A stretch of DNA of 64,000 nucleotides, from positions 106,721 to 170,720 of the forward strand of contig QPGO01000094.1 in assembly GCA_008632985.1 (NCBI GenBank), given 5' to 3'. Each line of letters starts with the position of its first letter. The stretch's first letter is position 1. Of the stretch, positions 13,461 through 25,349 are shown piece after piece. The position numbers and the translations under genes are program-made. The notes below the pieces were generated by a model, which worked only from the letters and a program-made list of their open reading frames with translations, was not told the origin of the DNA and did not search any database. The stretch is from Psammoneis japonica (taxonomy: Eukaryota).

Positions 13461-14334
13461 TTTTGATGGTGAGAGACAAATGGAGCTTTGGATTTGTGCG
13501 ACAAATGGCAAACAGAAAACTTCCCGCTCCCTCCCTCCGGAGGTGAGGCCATGGGGGCCCATGTGGCATGGACGGGAGTGCTCATTCCCATCGTAGAGTG
13601 TGTGTTGTGGTGTGGGAAAGTGCGCTGCTGTTCACATTGTCAGAAGTGATGGCATTCACATTTACAGAGAACTGTCATTCGCTGTTTATTTGCATGCAAC
13701 CTCTCCTTGTGTGACATGGCTTCGCGCCCAACCTGTTGCACAGAATCCATCTTGCGGCTCGTCTTGCATTGCAATCTCCACAGTGTTCCAGGGGTGGCAA
13801 CATGTTTGGCACTTGGTGAGCAACTCCAGCAACTGCCAGCAGGAGCAAACTGGCTAAAGTTCTGGACTCAGTGAAGCGGTGGTCAGCAACTCTGCCAGTG
13901 CAGTGGTTGACGCGGCTCATGCACCCTTTTCCTTGTGACGAAACTTCAACATCAGGAGTCAGTGAGTCACTGGGCTCTTTTGAATCCTGACAAGATCTCA
14001 CAGTGTGCAGCAGTTGGGACAACGTCTTACATGTCACCAGAACCACGCAATGGCAACGTTCCCATTTTTTAGAGTGGCAACACGCAAATCATCATTGTTG
14101 TCTTTTGTCAACTTTTGTGTTCATTTGAAAGCCATGTCTGTTCAACAGGGCCCTGACGTGCATGCAATCTTGTGCACCTCCATGACACAGTGAATCTGCC
14201 ACCACAGCATTTCTGTCTCCGCAAGTTCAAATTTTTCTGTTGCCCGCTGCCAGCTCTGCACAAACCTGCAGTGCCTTGTGAGCCCTCTCGAGTGGAAAGC
14301 ACAGAACGAACCATGCGTGCCGCATGAACAGGGC

Positions 14335-14470
14335 CCTCTACTCTCTAGAGTAGAGCTGGCTGCTGCTCTCTAGAGCTAGCTAGAGTAGACTCTCTATCTA
14401 GCCACCACCGGCACTAGCTAGCTACTGTAGCTGCTAGAGCCATTCTCTAGAGAGAGAGAGAGAGAGAGAG
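14335..14470. promoter_or_regulatory. CTAG/TAGAG-rich cluster with an (AG)11 tract upstream of MGD
   Basis: Many ctag, tagag and tagctag motifs, AG repeat at 14449-14470, about 280 bp before the ATG. A regulatory role is inferred from position only. Confidence 0.4.
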
Positions 14471-14751
14471 TGCCGCAGCAGCTACAGTGGCCGCCAGCCA
14501 CGTGGGCGTGCATCGCCGCATTCCGCATTCCGTTTCAACATCCATCACACAAAAAACACGAACGACGCATCTACCGTACCGTATCATAGCATATCATCAA
14601 TCATCAACAACTTTCAGTGACAACATCGGCCCTTCACCCTTTGAACTTGTTGGATTCGCTGGCCTCGTCAACGGCTGTAACCAAGTTGTCTGACGTGAAG
14701 TCTAATCACGCTAAGATCATCGTTGCTGCTTCTCTACTGATAGTCTGAATC

Positions 14752-16253
14752 ATGTTGTTCGCTGCGTCGCTGACGCTTCTCGCTATTCAACAGCCCTGCC
14801 ATGGTTTCCTCCCTGCCTTCTCACAACGAGCAGCGCAAACAAGCCGGAAACTTTCGCATCCTCTCTTTGCCACCAAAGGCAAAGACGACGCTGAAGTATG
14901 TACGATCCAGATTCTCATGTCGGATACCGGCGGTGGTCACCGAGCCTCTGCCAACGCGTTACGTGATGCGTTTGATGTGCTACACCCTGGAAGAATTGAA
15001 TGTGATATCGTCGACATTTACACCGACTATGGACCCTTTTGGCCTTACAATGACTACGTCGCGCTGTATAAGATTATGGCGGAATACTCCTTCCTCTGGG
15101 AAGCTTTCTATCGTTTCGGAGAAACAGAGTTTGGTTTGTGTCTCAATGAAATCATGCTTGAGACGTTTTGTTTCGACTCGTTCAAGGAGTGCATGGCCCG
15201 CCCATCGGGTTCTACCTCATCAAGAGCAGACATGGTTGTGTCTGTCCATCCGCTTTGTCAAGATATTCCACTAAAGATTTTGGCCGAGCTCGATTCCAAT
15301 GGGAAAACTAGGGATCCAAAAACACGGACTACTCCCTTTGCAACAGTCGTGACGGACTTGGGTGGAGCTCACCCAACTTGGTTCAACTCTGGTGTTGACA
15401 AGTGCTTTGTGCCCACTGATGTACTTTATCAGTGTGCTCGCGATCGCAAAGTAGAGCCGTCACAGCTTGTTGAATATGGCTTACCAATTCGCAAAGGATT
15501 CTGGGCGTCAGAAGAGAAACCCGCAAAAGAGGGAAGTGGGGACGCGAAGGAGAGAAAGGGCTTGCGCGAAGACCTTGGTATAGACCCAGACCTCCCCACT
15601 GTGTTGGTCGTAGGAGGCGGGGACGGGATGGGTGGTATTGTTGATATTGCCAAGTCTCTTGGAAAGAAGTTGGGGGAAAACAGTGAAACCCCCTCCTATC
15701 AGATGGTGGTTGTCTGTGGAAAGAACGAAGATGCGCAAAAGAGGCTGAGCTCGACTCAGTGGGAAAAGGGTATCAAGGTAGACGTGAAAGGATTCGTATA
15801 CAATATGGACGAATGGATGAAAGCATCTGATGCTCTCGTCACGAAAGCCGGACCTGGAACAATTGCAGAAGCATCCATTTGCGGCCTTCCTTGCATGCTG
15901 TTCTCGTATCTGTATGTTTTTCTTGTTTCTTTCTCTTGAACAAAATTCTGATGTACATGCTCTTGGACTCACACCTTTTTACTATTGTTTAAAGGCCCGG
16001 GCAGGAGGAAGGGAACATTCCCTACGTAGAGACGTCTGGTTTTGGCAAGTACAGTGGTGATCCGAAGGTCATAGCCGATACGGTCAGCTCGTGGTTGTCG
16101 TCGCCAGATAAGATGGAAGAAATGAAATCTGCGGCTCTAGAAGCTGCTCGTCCTAAGGCAACTTTGGACATTGCACGGTATTTGGCGGAGATGGTTTTTG
16201 AGGCAAAGGAGAAGCAGCAGCAACAGCAGCAGGAGGCAACAATGCAGACCTAG
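14752..16253 (+). CDS. MGD: Monogalactosyldiacylglycerol synthase (GT28), probably plastid-targeted; exons 14752-15911 and 15995-16253
   Basis: Motifs ILMSDTGGGHRASA, VVSVHPL, TVVTDL, VGGGDGMG and TKAGPGTIAEA. Removing GT-AG intron 15912-15994 restores SYLPGQEEGNIPYV. Signal peptide is followed by G-F. Confidence 0.95.
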
Positions 16254-16988
16254 TCCTTTCAGGTTACTTAAGTGTGATTGCTATCATTTCCGTAGTTGTT
16301 GCCTTGTCCCCAATTTGTACAAAAGTAGTTTACTGCCTCATGCAAGAGCTGCCCTCTCGCGAGATGCCCCCTTGGGGAAGCTAGCATTAGCTAGGTATGG
16401 CGTCCGACACCTGAAAGACGCTTGAGTAGCTAGAGTACCTATCATACTCTACACTTGGAAGACAATAAAACCTGGAGAAAGGAAGTGCTGGGCATGACGG
16501 AGTTCTATAAGTAGGGCCCTACTTTTTTATTTTTTACTAGCATATTCATAAATTTATCGCAGAATACTTTCCGCGATCGAAATCTGGCTGGAGGGGTGAA
16601 AAAGCACATCTATTTATGGAACAAACCAGATTTAAGATGATTAGCGTACAGAGTACCGTAGTTGCAAAGCTAAGTGACGGTTTTCTCCTACAGTAGCAGA
16701 CCTGAGTTCCCCAACATAGCAAGTAGACAAAAGCCACTGATCTCATCATAAGACTGTTTGATGTACGGGACTTTTGTGATAGATCACTACGTTCAGTGTC
16801 GCTTCGACCAGCTTCTTGCGGTATGGCAGATAAAATGATCCTTGAATTTCTCGGTGGCTCTATCCGGCGATACTAGCGTCTAGCATACGTTCCTCCAAAA
16901 AGAATGTCTGCTAGGAACGCAAAGCACACCAAACTCCAACAGGATGTGGTCCATTTTCCGTCGTAGAGACTAGTAATTGATGGTCTCG

Positions 16989-19156
16989 CTATGTACCAGA
17001 CCAGCGCCGAAGAAGGTTACTGATAGCACCACTTTCAGAGGCATTGGCGAGTAATGCTTTGTCAAGTCTTTCGCAGAGGTGAATGCCTGCTTCGGCATGA
17101 CCAGCTGCATCGCAACATTGCATCGCTTTTGCGGCCGCAGAAGCTAAGACTTCTTGGTCTTCTTTAGAAAGAGGTGTTTTGGCACTGGAGATGGAGTGTG
17201 CTGCTGCCGTGATACGGTGAATGTGGCGATGTGCGCTTTCCCAGCTTCTACCGAGTGACGGGTCCGACTCTGTTGAAAGCGATAATGCGTAGCCGTAGCA
17301 TTGTTCCGCGTCAGACCAGCGCTTGAGCCCATGATTGTTCGCATCGTTGAAATTCTCTTGAGCACTCACTGCAATTTTATAAAGGGTGGCGGCATGCCCA
17401 CTGCATCCAACGCCGCATAGAGAAACCATCAGGGATGTGAGGATCTCCTCACCGCCGCGTACCCCCACCACCAGAGGTAGCAAGGACTCTTCAAGCGTCA
17501 GGTTTCCTCTTTCAGAACTCAGTGTGCCAGCTTTACTTCTGTCCATAGAGTACATGGCGACGTCTACAAGGCGACCACAGAAAAGAGCCATCCCGAAGCG
17601 ACCAGCGGCGTTACAATTGCGCAATACAGATGCTACAACGCCCCCCATTTCCGAGTGCCACGACAAAGGATCCTTGTTGTCATCAGTATCAAGGTCAAAT
17701 ATGTCATCACCAGCGACAAGCCAGTTTGGATAGTCGCATTTATCAATAACGGTGCATAGAACGTTGATGGCGGCTTCCCAGTTCCCGTCCCGTTCGCACG
17801 CTGTAACAACGCCTTTCAGACCGTCGACGCTCAGCGGTCCGCCATCCTCAATTTCTCGGAACAGTGTCATTGCTTGACTGCTCGCATCTCCCTTCTCCAA
17901 GGTAGCGCCACCCAAGGCTCGCATCGCCAAGTCCCTTATTAATGGACCGATGGCACCCGATCCGCCGCCCCATTGCCACTCGCTTTCTGCATCGAAATTG
18001 TCGTCCAACAATTCCACATACAACTCTAATGCTTCATCATAACGAGAGCATAGGAGACAAGCATGCATGGCAGCAGCAACAAGTGACTATAAGACAAGGA
18101 TGTCAGTGTAAGGTATGAAAGAAAACAGCTGTGTATATCAAAAAGTCAGTTCACACACCCTTCCGAGTCTCTCACTGTTGTAGCTAGTCCTAAGGTATCT
18201 GATGCATGAATCCCATTCTCCAACAAGCCCCAATGTCACTCCAGCGGCCATTACATCTTCAACGATAGAAATAAGAAATCAAAAATAATGAAGGTAAGAA
18301 CGATTCTCTCAAGCTCATAGGCAGCGACCGACATACAGTACTCGTGACTCACATTTATGTTGATCCGTCGGCGACACCATGGACATTTTTAGAACAGCCT
18401 CCATGACCTGTTCTGTTGCGGCGCCTCCCTCCTTCTGAGTCTGACGTGCTATCGAGTAGAGACCAACTGGATCTTTGAACGATGTGGTCATGGGTATGTA
18501 CCCCGAGGCATCAGGGTCGATCTGGGCCCAGAACAGATCTGCGGCTTCCTTCCACAACTCTTCGCGCGACGCAGCAAGCACAGCACATTCATAGTGATGC
18601 GGCTGTATGTCGAGATTCCATTCCTTCAAAAGTCTAAAATCTCCAAACAGAGTCGGAAGGGAGATCGTTCCATTTCTTCGAAGTGCGGTGTGGAGGAGAA
18701 AACCAAAATTGTTTCACCAAGAAAGTGAGATAATTCGCGGCCATGCTTCCCAGATGGACTAATAACACCCTTTTCAACGGATTCCCGAACAAGACTTAAA
18801 AGACTCTCGGTTTTCTTCAAAAGCTGCAATCGTTCGGAATGCTCTTTCGAATAACTCGCATGAACCCAGGGAGGTGGCATGGGCTCAAGTTCGAGCGCTT
18901 GACGCCGCAACGAAGCGATTTCGTCCGTGGCTTCTGCCATGGTTGGAGAAGACGGATTTCCCTGGCCTTGCAAGCCGCTTCCATGGTGTCGACCCTCATT
19001 TGTTTCACTCTTGTTGCGTTGCTGCGCCATGCGATAGAGCGGTGGTCCATAATAAGTGGCCTTCGGTACGATGAGGTGGGGAAAAGACTGTCGAAAGCAC
19101 CTCCTTGACGCGACCGGACGCCTGAGTTGGCTTACAGAGCCCCGGCATCGTTGCAT
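16989..19156 (-). CDS. Multi-exon alpha-solenoid (PPR/TPR-like) protein with an apparent 1-nt frameshift at 18628-18631; 3' end uncertain
   Basis: ORFs 18626-19156, 18315-18629 and 16989-18068 join through two GT-AG introns flanking a small exon (YVMAAGVALG...ERLGR). PPR-like phrases: HYECAVLAASREELWKEAADLF and VVTACERDGNWEAAINVL. Confidence 0.7.
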
Positions 19157-19692
19157 CCTTGTCTATGCTGTGCTCACGGCTCACGGTTGCCTTTGCGGTG
19201 TGTTTCCAGTGGACCCAGCCGCCGCTCGCTCATGGCTTTCGAGCTTCGAGCTTGCGCCTGAATGACGTTGTGCTGTGCTGCCTGTGCTGATGCGCGCGCG
19301 GTGTGCTGTGTTCATTGCCGTCCGTCCGTACACCCTTCAACCCGATTCTACAGGAACTGTCCGTCCGCCCATCGGAGCAGTGAGGCGACGACAGCCGCAA
19401 TGGCAATGGCCGACCGCCGACCGCTCTCTCTAATACGAGTAGTAGCTATCTACTCTCTACAGTAGAGAGTAGAGAGCTGATCCTGTCTGTGTGAAACAAC
19501 TAAACTGAGCTCGTAAGAAAGTGATTCATCGTTGGCATCGAGGTTTGCAGTATCGATTCCCAGTGTTCTGGTTAGAATTTTCGTGCAACACAGAACATCC
19601 AGAACCAGCAACATTCGCGCATCTCGTCATATGCGACTTTCTTGCAACGCTTACACCTTTGGGCGAAGTGGAGGGAATTTCTTTTGACTGCC

Positions 19693-20570
19693 ATGAGATG
19701 TCTCTTCGTCTTGGCTTTGTCAGTGCCAGCTGTGTCATGTTTCTCCTCTAAAACGGTACCGGCGCCTACCGGTACAACATCGGTGGTGTTCGATAAACGC
19801 ACCCGATTTGCTCGGAGGTCGAAGGCAGTGGCGTTTGGTGGGGCAATCACTGAAGGCAACAACAGGGGCGAAGGCCTGACAGGACGAATTTCTCGACTTT
19901 GCAAAAGTTATTCGAAGAAACTAAACAGAAAGCCGCTCGTAACGAAGAGCGTCACATCGGCTGTCGTGAGTGGACTTGGGGACATTTTTGCTCAGTGGCT
20001 TGAAGCGCACGCGGCAGGGAATGGATTCACGTTGGATTTTGCTCGCTTCGGTGGTTTCACTTTAGTGGGGGGATTGTATGTTGGGCCGTTTTTTGAATTG
20101 TGGTATTCGCAACTGTGGAAATTAGGAAGGTGGATGGAACGTCATCACGCCTTGTCAAAGAGGTTGCAGACAATAGCACAGGTTTTTGTGGACCAAACCG
20201 TTGGTGTGGCTTTATTCTTTCCGCCATACTTTTACGTCTATGAGGCTTTTGAATCCTTGATGGCGCTGAGGGGTAAGGTCACGGCCTTTGAAAGTGCAAC
20301 CGAGAAGAATCTGTTACGAAATTGTGCACTAACGTCATTTTGTTTTTCTTTCGTCACGACTTGGAAAAAATTTTATGAACAGTTCCTGTAATGGCGAACG
20401 CTTATTTGAATTTGAAGGAGCAGATTGCGTCGGTGCTTTTGATGCAGTACTATATCTGGCCCCTGGCAAACTGGATAAATTTCGCCTATGTGCCAGAAAA
20501 TCTTCGTGTTCTGGTCAGCAACGTTGTCGCCGTTTTCTGGAATGCACTGTTGTGTACCCTGGTTGCCTGA
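19693..20570 (+). CDS. Mpv17/PMP22 family membrane protein; exons 19693-20272 and 20383-20570
   Basis: KPLVTKSVTSAVVSGLGDIFAQ and VDQ; after intron 20273-20382, WPLANWINFAYVPENLRVLVSNVVAVFWN. N-terminal signal MRCLFVLALSVPAVSC-F. Confidence 0.9.
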
Positions 20571-21379
20571 TTCTTGCAAAGCCTCCAACAAGCTAGCATG
20601 CGTTCTGGTTTGTTTATGCCGTAGCTTCTTTGCACGACTTGGTACACTGGTCTCTCAAATCTTCATCTTGACTGCCTCTCAATACCAGAGATGAGCTACT
20701 GCACCTCAAATAGACCTACGCTACGTCTCATTTCGGCGTTTAAGTTTGCTACCAACAATACAGAAAGAGGGGGGTGTATTCAAGCCACTGAGATAGCCGT
20801 CGCCGATCCTTGCATTCTTGTTCATCTTGAAAGTAGAAAAGAGGCGTTCAATCTTTTGGAGGGCGCTGGTTTTTCCAAGTCGAATCCGTACTTTAGTACA
20901 ACAGGGCAAAGTACACGTGCTCTGTACCATGAGTGCTGGCAAATGGCTCGCTCTGCTCAAACAAGTGGTGGGGTCGACTCTCTATGAAGCGGCTCTAACA
21001 GGAAAATCTCGATCGAGTCACCTCTTTGCCACTAGACCGCCTCGTGACGGAACCGTCAACCTTCCCGACGGTCCCGATGTTATGTCTCTTCTCGAACATG
21101 TATTCGTTACGTCCCTTAAGTCTTCTCGGCTATGCGTCATGTCTTTTCCAAGAGACTCTTGGCTCGCAGTGTCGGTGTCGTTTACACTTGAGCACTCGGT
21201 GCAAAATGGATGCCATTACCTTGGAGGGTGACTTGTGCGGCCTTAAGGGAGCCTTGACGGGCGGCTGTGCCGCTTTCGCGCACACGGGCCAATGCGTCCC
21301 TCTAGAGTAGCAAACGGAAAGGGAGTGCCAGGCCGCCAAGAACAGGGCGCAAGAGATTGATCATACCCCCACCAATCTC

Positions 21380-21678
21380 ATGAGCGAGTTGCAGCGGTTA
21401 GAAGCCAGACAAGCCGATCTCAACCACATTCTGACCGATTTGGAACGCAAGGCTGAAACGCTGCAGCACGACATTACCTCGCGCATCACTCTAGCCGACA
21501 AGCTTTGAAAAATGGATTTCCTGGCGTTGGAACGTGACATGGACAGTTTGGCCAAGCACGTGGAATGGTTGCAAGAAAAAAAAATGAAAACCGAATGACC
21601 GCCACCTTGTCGGATGAGGAGCGTGCGACGCTCCAAGAGCTCAAGCCTTCGCAGCAGGAGCTTTCCAAGAAGCTCTAA
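21380..21678 (+). pseudogene. Coiled-coil coding fragment with an internal stop and a frameshift (copies at 37366-37664 and 60239-60537)
   Basis: MSELQRLEARQADLNHILTDLERKAETLQ...KL*KMDFLALERDMD...; the same lesions are present in all three units. Confidence 0.35.
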
Positions 21679-21950
21679 CGTCAGGGGAGCGTTGTCGATC
21701 ATCTCGGGCGTTGCTTGTTGAACCGTTGATTGTAAAAAAGTAGGCCTACGGAATGGTAGTTAACAAGGGAATTCAGGGTAGAACACGTAGTAGACGGCGG
21801 CTTGCAGAGGAGCCGCAAAATTTGCAAAATTGAACTAAGATGACAGATTCAAAGATGGCAAATTTTGACAATATGTAGCTAAGTAATTTAGAAACACACA
21901 GGTCGTACCAAATACCCACCTTTGTTGTTCCCCGTCTTGCTAAAAGGTAC

Positions 21951-24900
21951 CTAAACCGCATACAACGATGTTTCGTTGACCGCGCTGTCAACAACCTCAG
22001 GCACAGACGCACTCTCATCTTGATTACGGTTGGAGTCTTCAGCAGTCACTGCCTTATTGTCTTCTCCATGAAGCCGCTTCCATACACGAGCAAAGAAAGC
22101 CTTTTGAGATCCTGTCTTCAATCGATTGGTTTGCTCCTTCCTTAGTTTTTTGAGCTCAGCAAGGTGTGTTTTTAACGCCGGTGGCGCAAATTCGCAACTC
22201 ATGACATGTGTGTGGACGCTTACAAAGTTGGATTCAACAGCATTTACAGATGACCAAAAGAACTTGCGACTCTCAACTTGCCCAGCACAGTGTTTGCACT
22301 TGACTCCAATACATCCGACATCCTTGAGACGTCTTTTGTTCCTATCGGCTTCAGTGAATCGACACGGCTGAAGCTGCTCCATCACGACGTACAAGAAATC
22401 CGCAATGCAGTTTCGATCTTCAGGAAGAACAAGTGGCTGACTTACGGAGGTGACGTCGGAAGCTACCTGGGCAAGAATATCTAGTGACACTGCCGGAGCT
22501 GTTGGGGTGGACGGATCGCGTGAAAATCGGATGCCTTTGTCGGTATCCACCAATCCTATCTTTTTTGCGGAAGTAATCCAGTAGTGTCTAGTTGCGAGTC
22601 CTTTCGATCCCTTGGTACTGGCGCTTTGCAAAGAAAGGAAACGCTGACGGATGTCCTGGGGCACCATCTTGCATTCACCTAGATGAAACCTTTGAATGTC
22701 GGCCACGGACTGGTAAATCCGAGAAATAGAAAATGGGAAGCACACTGCTCTATTCGATCTTTCCTTAGCAGGAAGCGAGTGGCAGTGAATGCATCCGATA
22801 CCGACTTGTCCCAATACAACAGAAAAGGTTGTGGGAGTCCTTACAGCAATATCCTCCTCGGTCGCACTAAAGGCGCAGACATTCTCGCGTAGAAAACAAC
22901 GAAGCGGACTCAACGCCATCTTGTCTTCTGAAAGAGATAGCTTGATTTTGCCAGTGAAATCCGTCGTTGTGCTGCCTTCGTCCTGCGCGGATGGGGCGTA
23001 AGAAGACGAATCGCTTGATAGCGCTGACAATATAGAGTGAAGCGCTTGAGGAGACATGTCCATCGCGTTACCCTCCGAAGACTTCTCCTTCTCTTCCTTG
23101 GACGCCGTATCGTCATTCCCACGGACCATCTTCTGAGGAGACGACGACGAGCCATCAGAGGAAGATGAAGGGGATATCTTGCTCGTAGAATTCGCCAGTG
23201 GTCGGGTTACCGTGGGTTCTTCGCCCGCCTTGAAACGGACGCCAGATGGCCCATCAATCATTCCCATTTTGGTTGCAGACTTGACAAAGTATTGCATCGT
23301 TGTGCCAGTGCTTCTTGTCTTTACTGCCTTCAGCTCCTCCAGATGCTCCTTCAGTGACGAAGGAACAAACCGACAATGTTGAAAATGATCAAGTTTCATG
23401 TCAATCACCGTTCGATAGATGCGCTTGATTGATGAAGGATAGCATACTGCTCGCTTGACGCGGTCGCTGGTCCTCTCAGTATGACGACAATGGATGCATC
23501 GAAGGCCAACCTGACCTACAACAACAGGGTGCTTGCGCCCAGGAGCAGGAGCTTCGACATCGCTTGTAGTCGCCGTAAATACTTCAATGTTTTCACGTAT
23601 AACACAGAGGGTCTCGCTAAGAGATATTCGATCTTCTGCTTGAGCCAGCAACAAAAGCGATTGATTTGTGGAGTTGACCTTGGCTGTTTCGTGACTTTCT
23701 TTGGAAGGGTGTGCGCCATCCATGTATGAATACATGCCCGTGCTAGTCATTGATGCCTGACGGAGCAGCTCAATCGGCGTAGGGTCACAAAGGGGTCTGG
23801 AGTGGGTGGACGTTGGCACACTTTGAACCACGTTGTGGCACATCTTGTCTGATTCTCCACCGTTTGAATCAAACGTAACTTGACGTTGAACGGATGATTC
23901 CAGCGACAAAGAGAATGGAATCCCGCTATTGTTGTACCTTTCATTTGATAGAGTCGACAATGCACCCACTTCGTCACGAGCTTGAATATCCGACCCTTGA
24001 AATGATCCACCCCAATACTCATTTCTATTTCGATAATTGGGTGATGTTGGCGAAGGATACCATGGCGATGACCCCCACCCTTGGTCCCTGTCAGATTCAT
24101 GCTGTCGACCGGAGATCCGCATCCGACTACCGACGGAAGATTGTGAGCGCGCTGCAGGATAGAAGCTGTGCTCATGGGAACCCATTGATTCATCACGAGG
24201 TTTGTTCCAGGAAACGCTTGCTTCTCGATTACGTTCGCGGCGCTCTGATGTACTTGGATGAGCCCCGTGCTGGTCCCACATCGCGAAATCTTGAGGTGCA
24301 CCCCCAAAATGGGTTAGATTGTACCGATTCCTCATATCTAGATCTCCACGCGTTCCTCTGGGTATCATTGTCTTGTACTCTCGCCTGCTGTCTTCCTTAA
24401 GCTTCATTCGCTTTGGTGGAATGAACGCCGGATGAATATGTTGTGTCTGGTATTCATCTCCTGGCCGACTATGATGCCAAAAGTTACGTTTAAGCTTCTC
24501 TGGCCCTTTGTCTTTGGCTTCTTCTCCAACATATGATACTGGCGGTGCTTCGGCTGGGCTTGGGGGTATCTTAACTGGTTCGTTCCCCGTTGAGCGAGGA
24601 ATCCATTCACGCCCAGACGCAACATTATGATTCTCGTAGGGATGCCAATGATCATCTTGACGGACGGATTCGGCGAGGTGACGGCCATCACCCCTGCTCT
24701 CATAGCGATGTTCTACCGCTCTTTCTGAGCGATACGCACGTGAATTGGTATTCAAATCATCCCTTTCGTCGTCAATGCTAAAAGATGAAGTGACCACAGC
24801 TTGCAGCCGTCGCGGTGTGCTGGGTGTAGGCCTAGGATACGACGTATCTTGCTTCTGATCAATAGGTGAAGGGTACTTTGACAAGTTTGGATATTCTGAA

Positions 24901-24995
24901 TGCTCCCCCATCGGATAGTAAGATTCAGCAGAGCCGGCATTTCGACGCTCTGACAGATTTTCCGGCTGCGAGACGCTAGCTCTGTTCGAAGACAT
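21951..24995 (-). CDS. 1014-aa protein with a disordered N-terminus and three copies of a putative zinc-binding CxHC...H...C domain
   Basis: Long intact ORF. Repeats: VGLRCIHC...RAVCYP...HFQHC, VGIGCIHC...RAVCFP...HLGEC and IGVKCKHC...HVMSC. Confidence 0.9.
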   Translation of the reverse strand: MSSNRASVSQPENLSERRNAGSAESYYPMGEHSEYPNLSKYPSPIDQKQDTSYPRPTPSTPRRLQAVVTSSFSIDDERDDLNTNSRAYRSERAVEHRYESRGDGRHLAESVRQDDHWHPYENHNVASGREWIPRSTGNEPVKIPPSPAEAPPVSYVGEEAKDKGPEKLKRNFWHHSRPGDEYQTQHIHPAFIPPKRMKLKEDSRREYKTMIPRGTRGDLDMRNRYNLTHFGGAPQDFAMWDQHGAHPSTSERRERNREASVSWNKPRDESMGSHEHSFYPAARSQSSVGSRMRISGRQHESDRDQGWGSSPWYPSPTSPNYRNRNEYWGGSFQGSDIQARDEVGALSTLSNERYNNSGIPFSLSLESSVQRQVTFDSNGGESDKMCHNVVQSVPTSTHSRPLCDPTPIELLRQASMTSTGMYSYMDGAHPSKESHETAKVNSTNQSLLLLAQAEDRISLSETLCVIRENIEVFTATTSDVEAPAPGRKHPVVVGQVGLRCIHCRHTERTSDRVKRAVCYPSSIKRIYRTVIDMKLDHFQHCRFVPSSLKEHLEELKAVKTRSTGTTMQYFVKSATKMGMIDGPSGVRFKAGEEPTVTRPLANSTSKISPSSSSDGSSSSPQKMVRGNDDTASKEEKEKSSEGNAMDMSPQALHSILSALSSDSSSYAPSAQDEGSTTTDFTGKIKLSLSEDKMALSPLRCFLRENVCAFSATEEDIAVRTPTTFSVVLGQVGIGCIHCHSLPAKERSNRAVCFPFSISRIYQSVADIQRFHLGECKMVPQDIRQRFLSLQSASTKGSKGLATRHYWITSAKKIGLVDTDKGIRFSRDPSTPTAPAVSLDILAQVASDVTSVSQPLVLPEDRNCIADFLYVVMEQLQPCRFTEADRNKRRLKDVGCIGVKCKHCAGQVESRKFFWSSVNAVESNFVSVHTHVMSCEFAPPALKTHLAELKKLRKEQTNRLKTGSQKAFFARVWKRLHGEDNKAVTAEDSNRNQDESASVPEVVDSAVNETSLYAV

Positions 24996-25349
24996 GGTTT
25001 TTCAACTGATGAAAGGAACGACAAGAAAACAGTAACTAACGTGTGTTAGTCACGACAACTTGAGTATCTCAAGTTAGCACGACACGAGTCTCCGACCACT
25101 TTTTTCTCTCTATGCTAGACAGAAAAAAAAATCCCTCAGGTGATCGGTCGACTGCACCGGTAGTCTAGGTCTAGACTCGTTGACGAACGAAATGTGACGA
25201 CTCACCGTACCGGTATCCGCGAGAAGGTCAGAAGATATTTGTGTATGCCAAAGTCGTCAAGGAAGGTTTTGCGGGGTGTGGCAGCAGAAAAGATGTAGGC
25301 CATCCAGGATGGTGAGAAGTGTGTAGGACCTTCTAGCTAGAGTAGACGC

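Larger units (their letters stand above)
1..14330. other. TpA-depleted block of degenerate transposon and gene relics; also CpG-depleted up to ~12 kb
   Basis: TA is nearly absent and TG/CA is very abundant. ORFs in all six frames are Cys/His-rich and almost Tyr-free. Normal composition resumes abruptly at ~14335. Confidence 0.9.

Noticed and set aside
1..14330. Dense overlapping Cys/His-rich ORFs that could be read as metalloproteins
   Set aside because: A by-product of TpA loss: TAA/TAG stops disappear and TGY/CAY codons are inflated in all six frames.
20691..21339. Short ORFs conserved in all three units
   Set aside because: The conservation only reflects the recent duplication; no recognisable domain.
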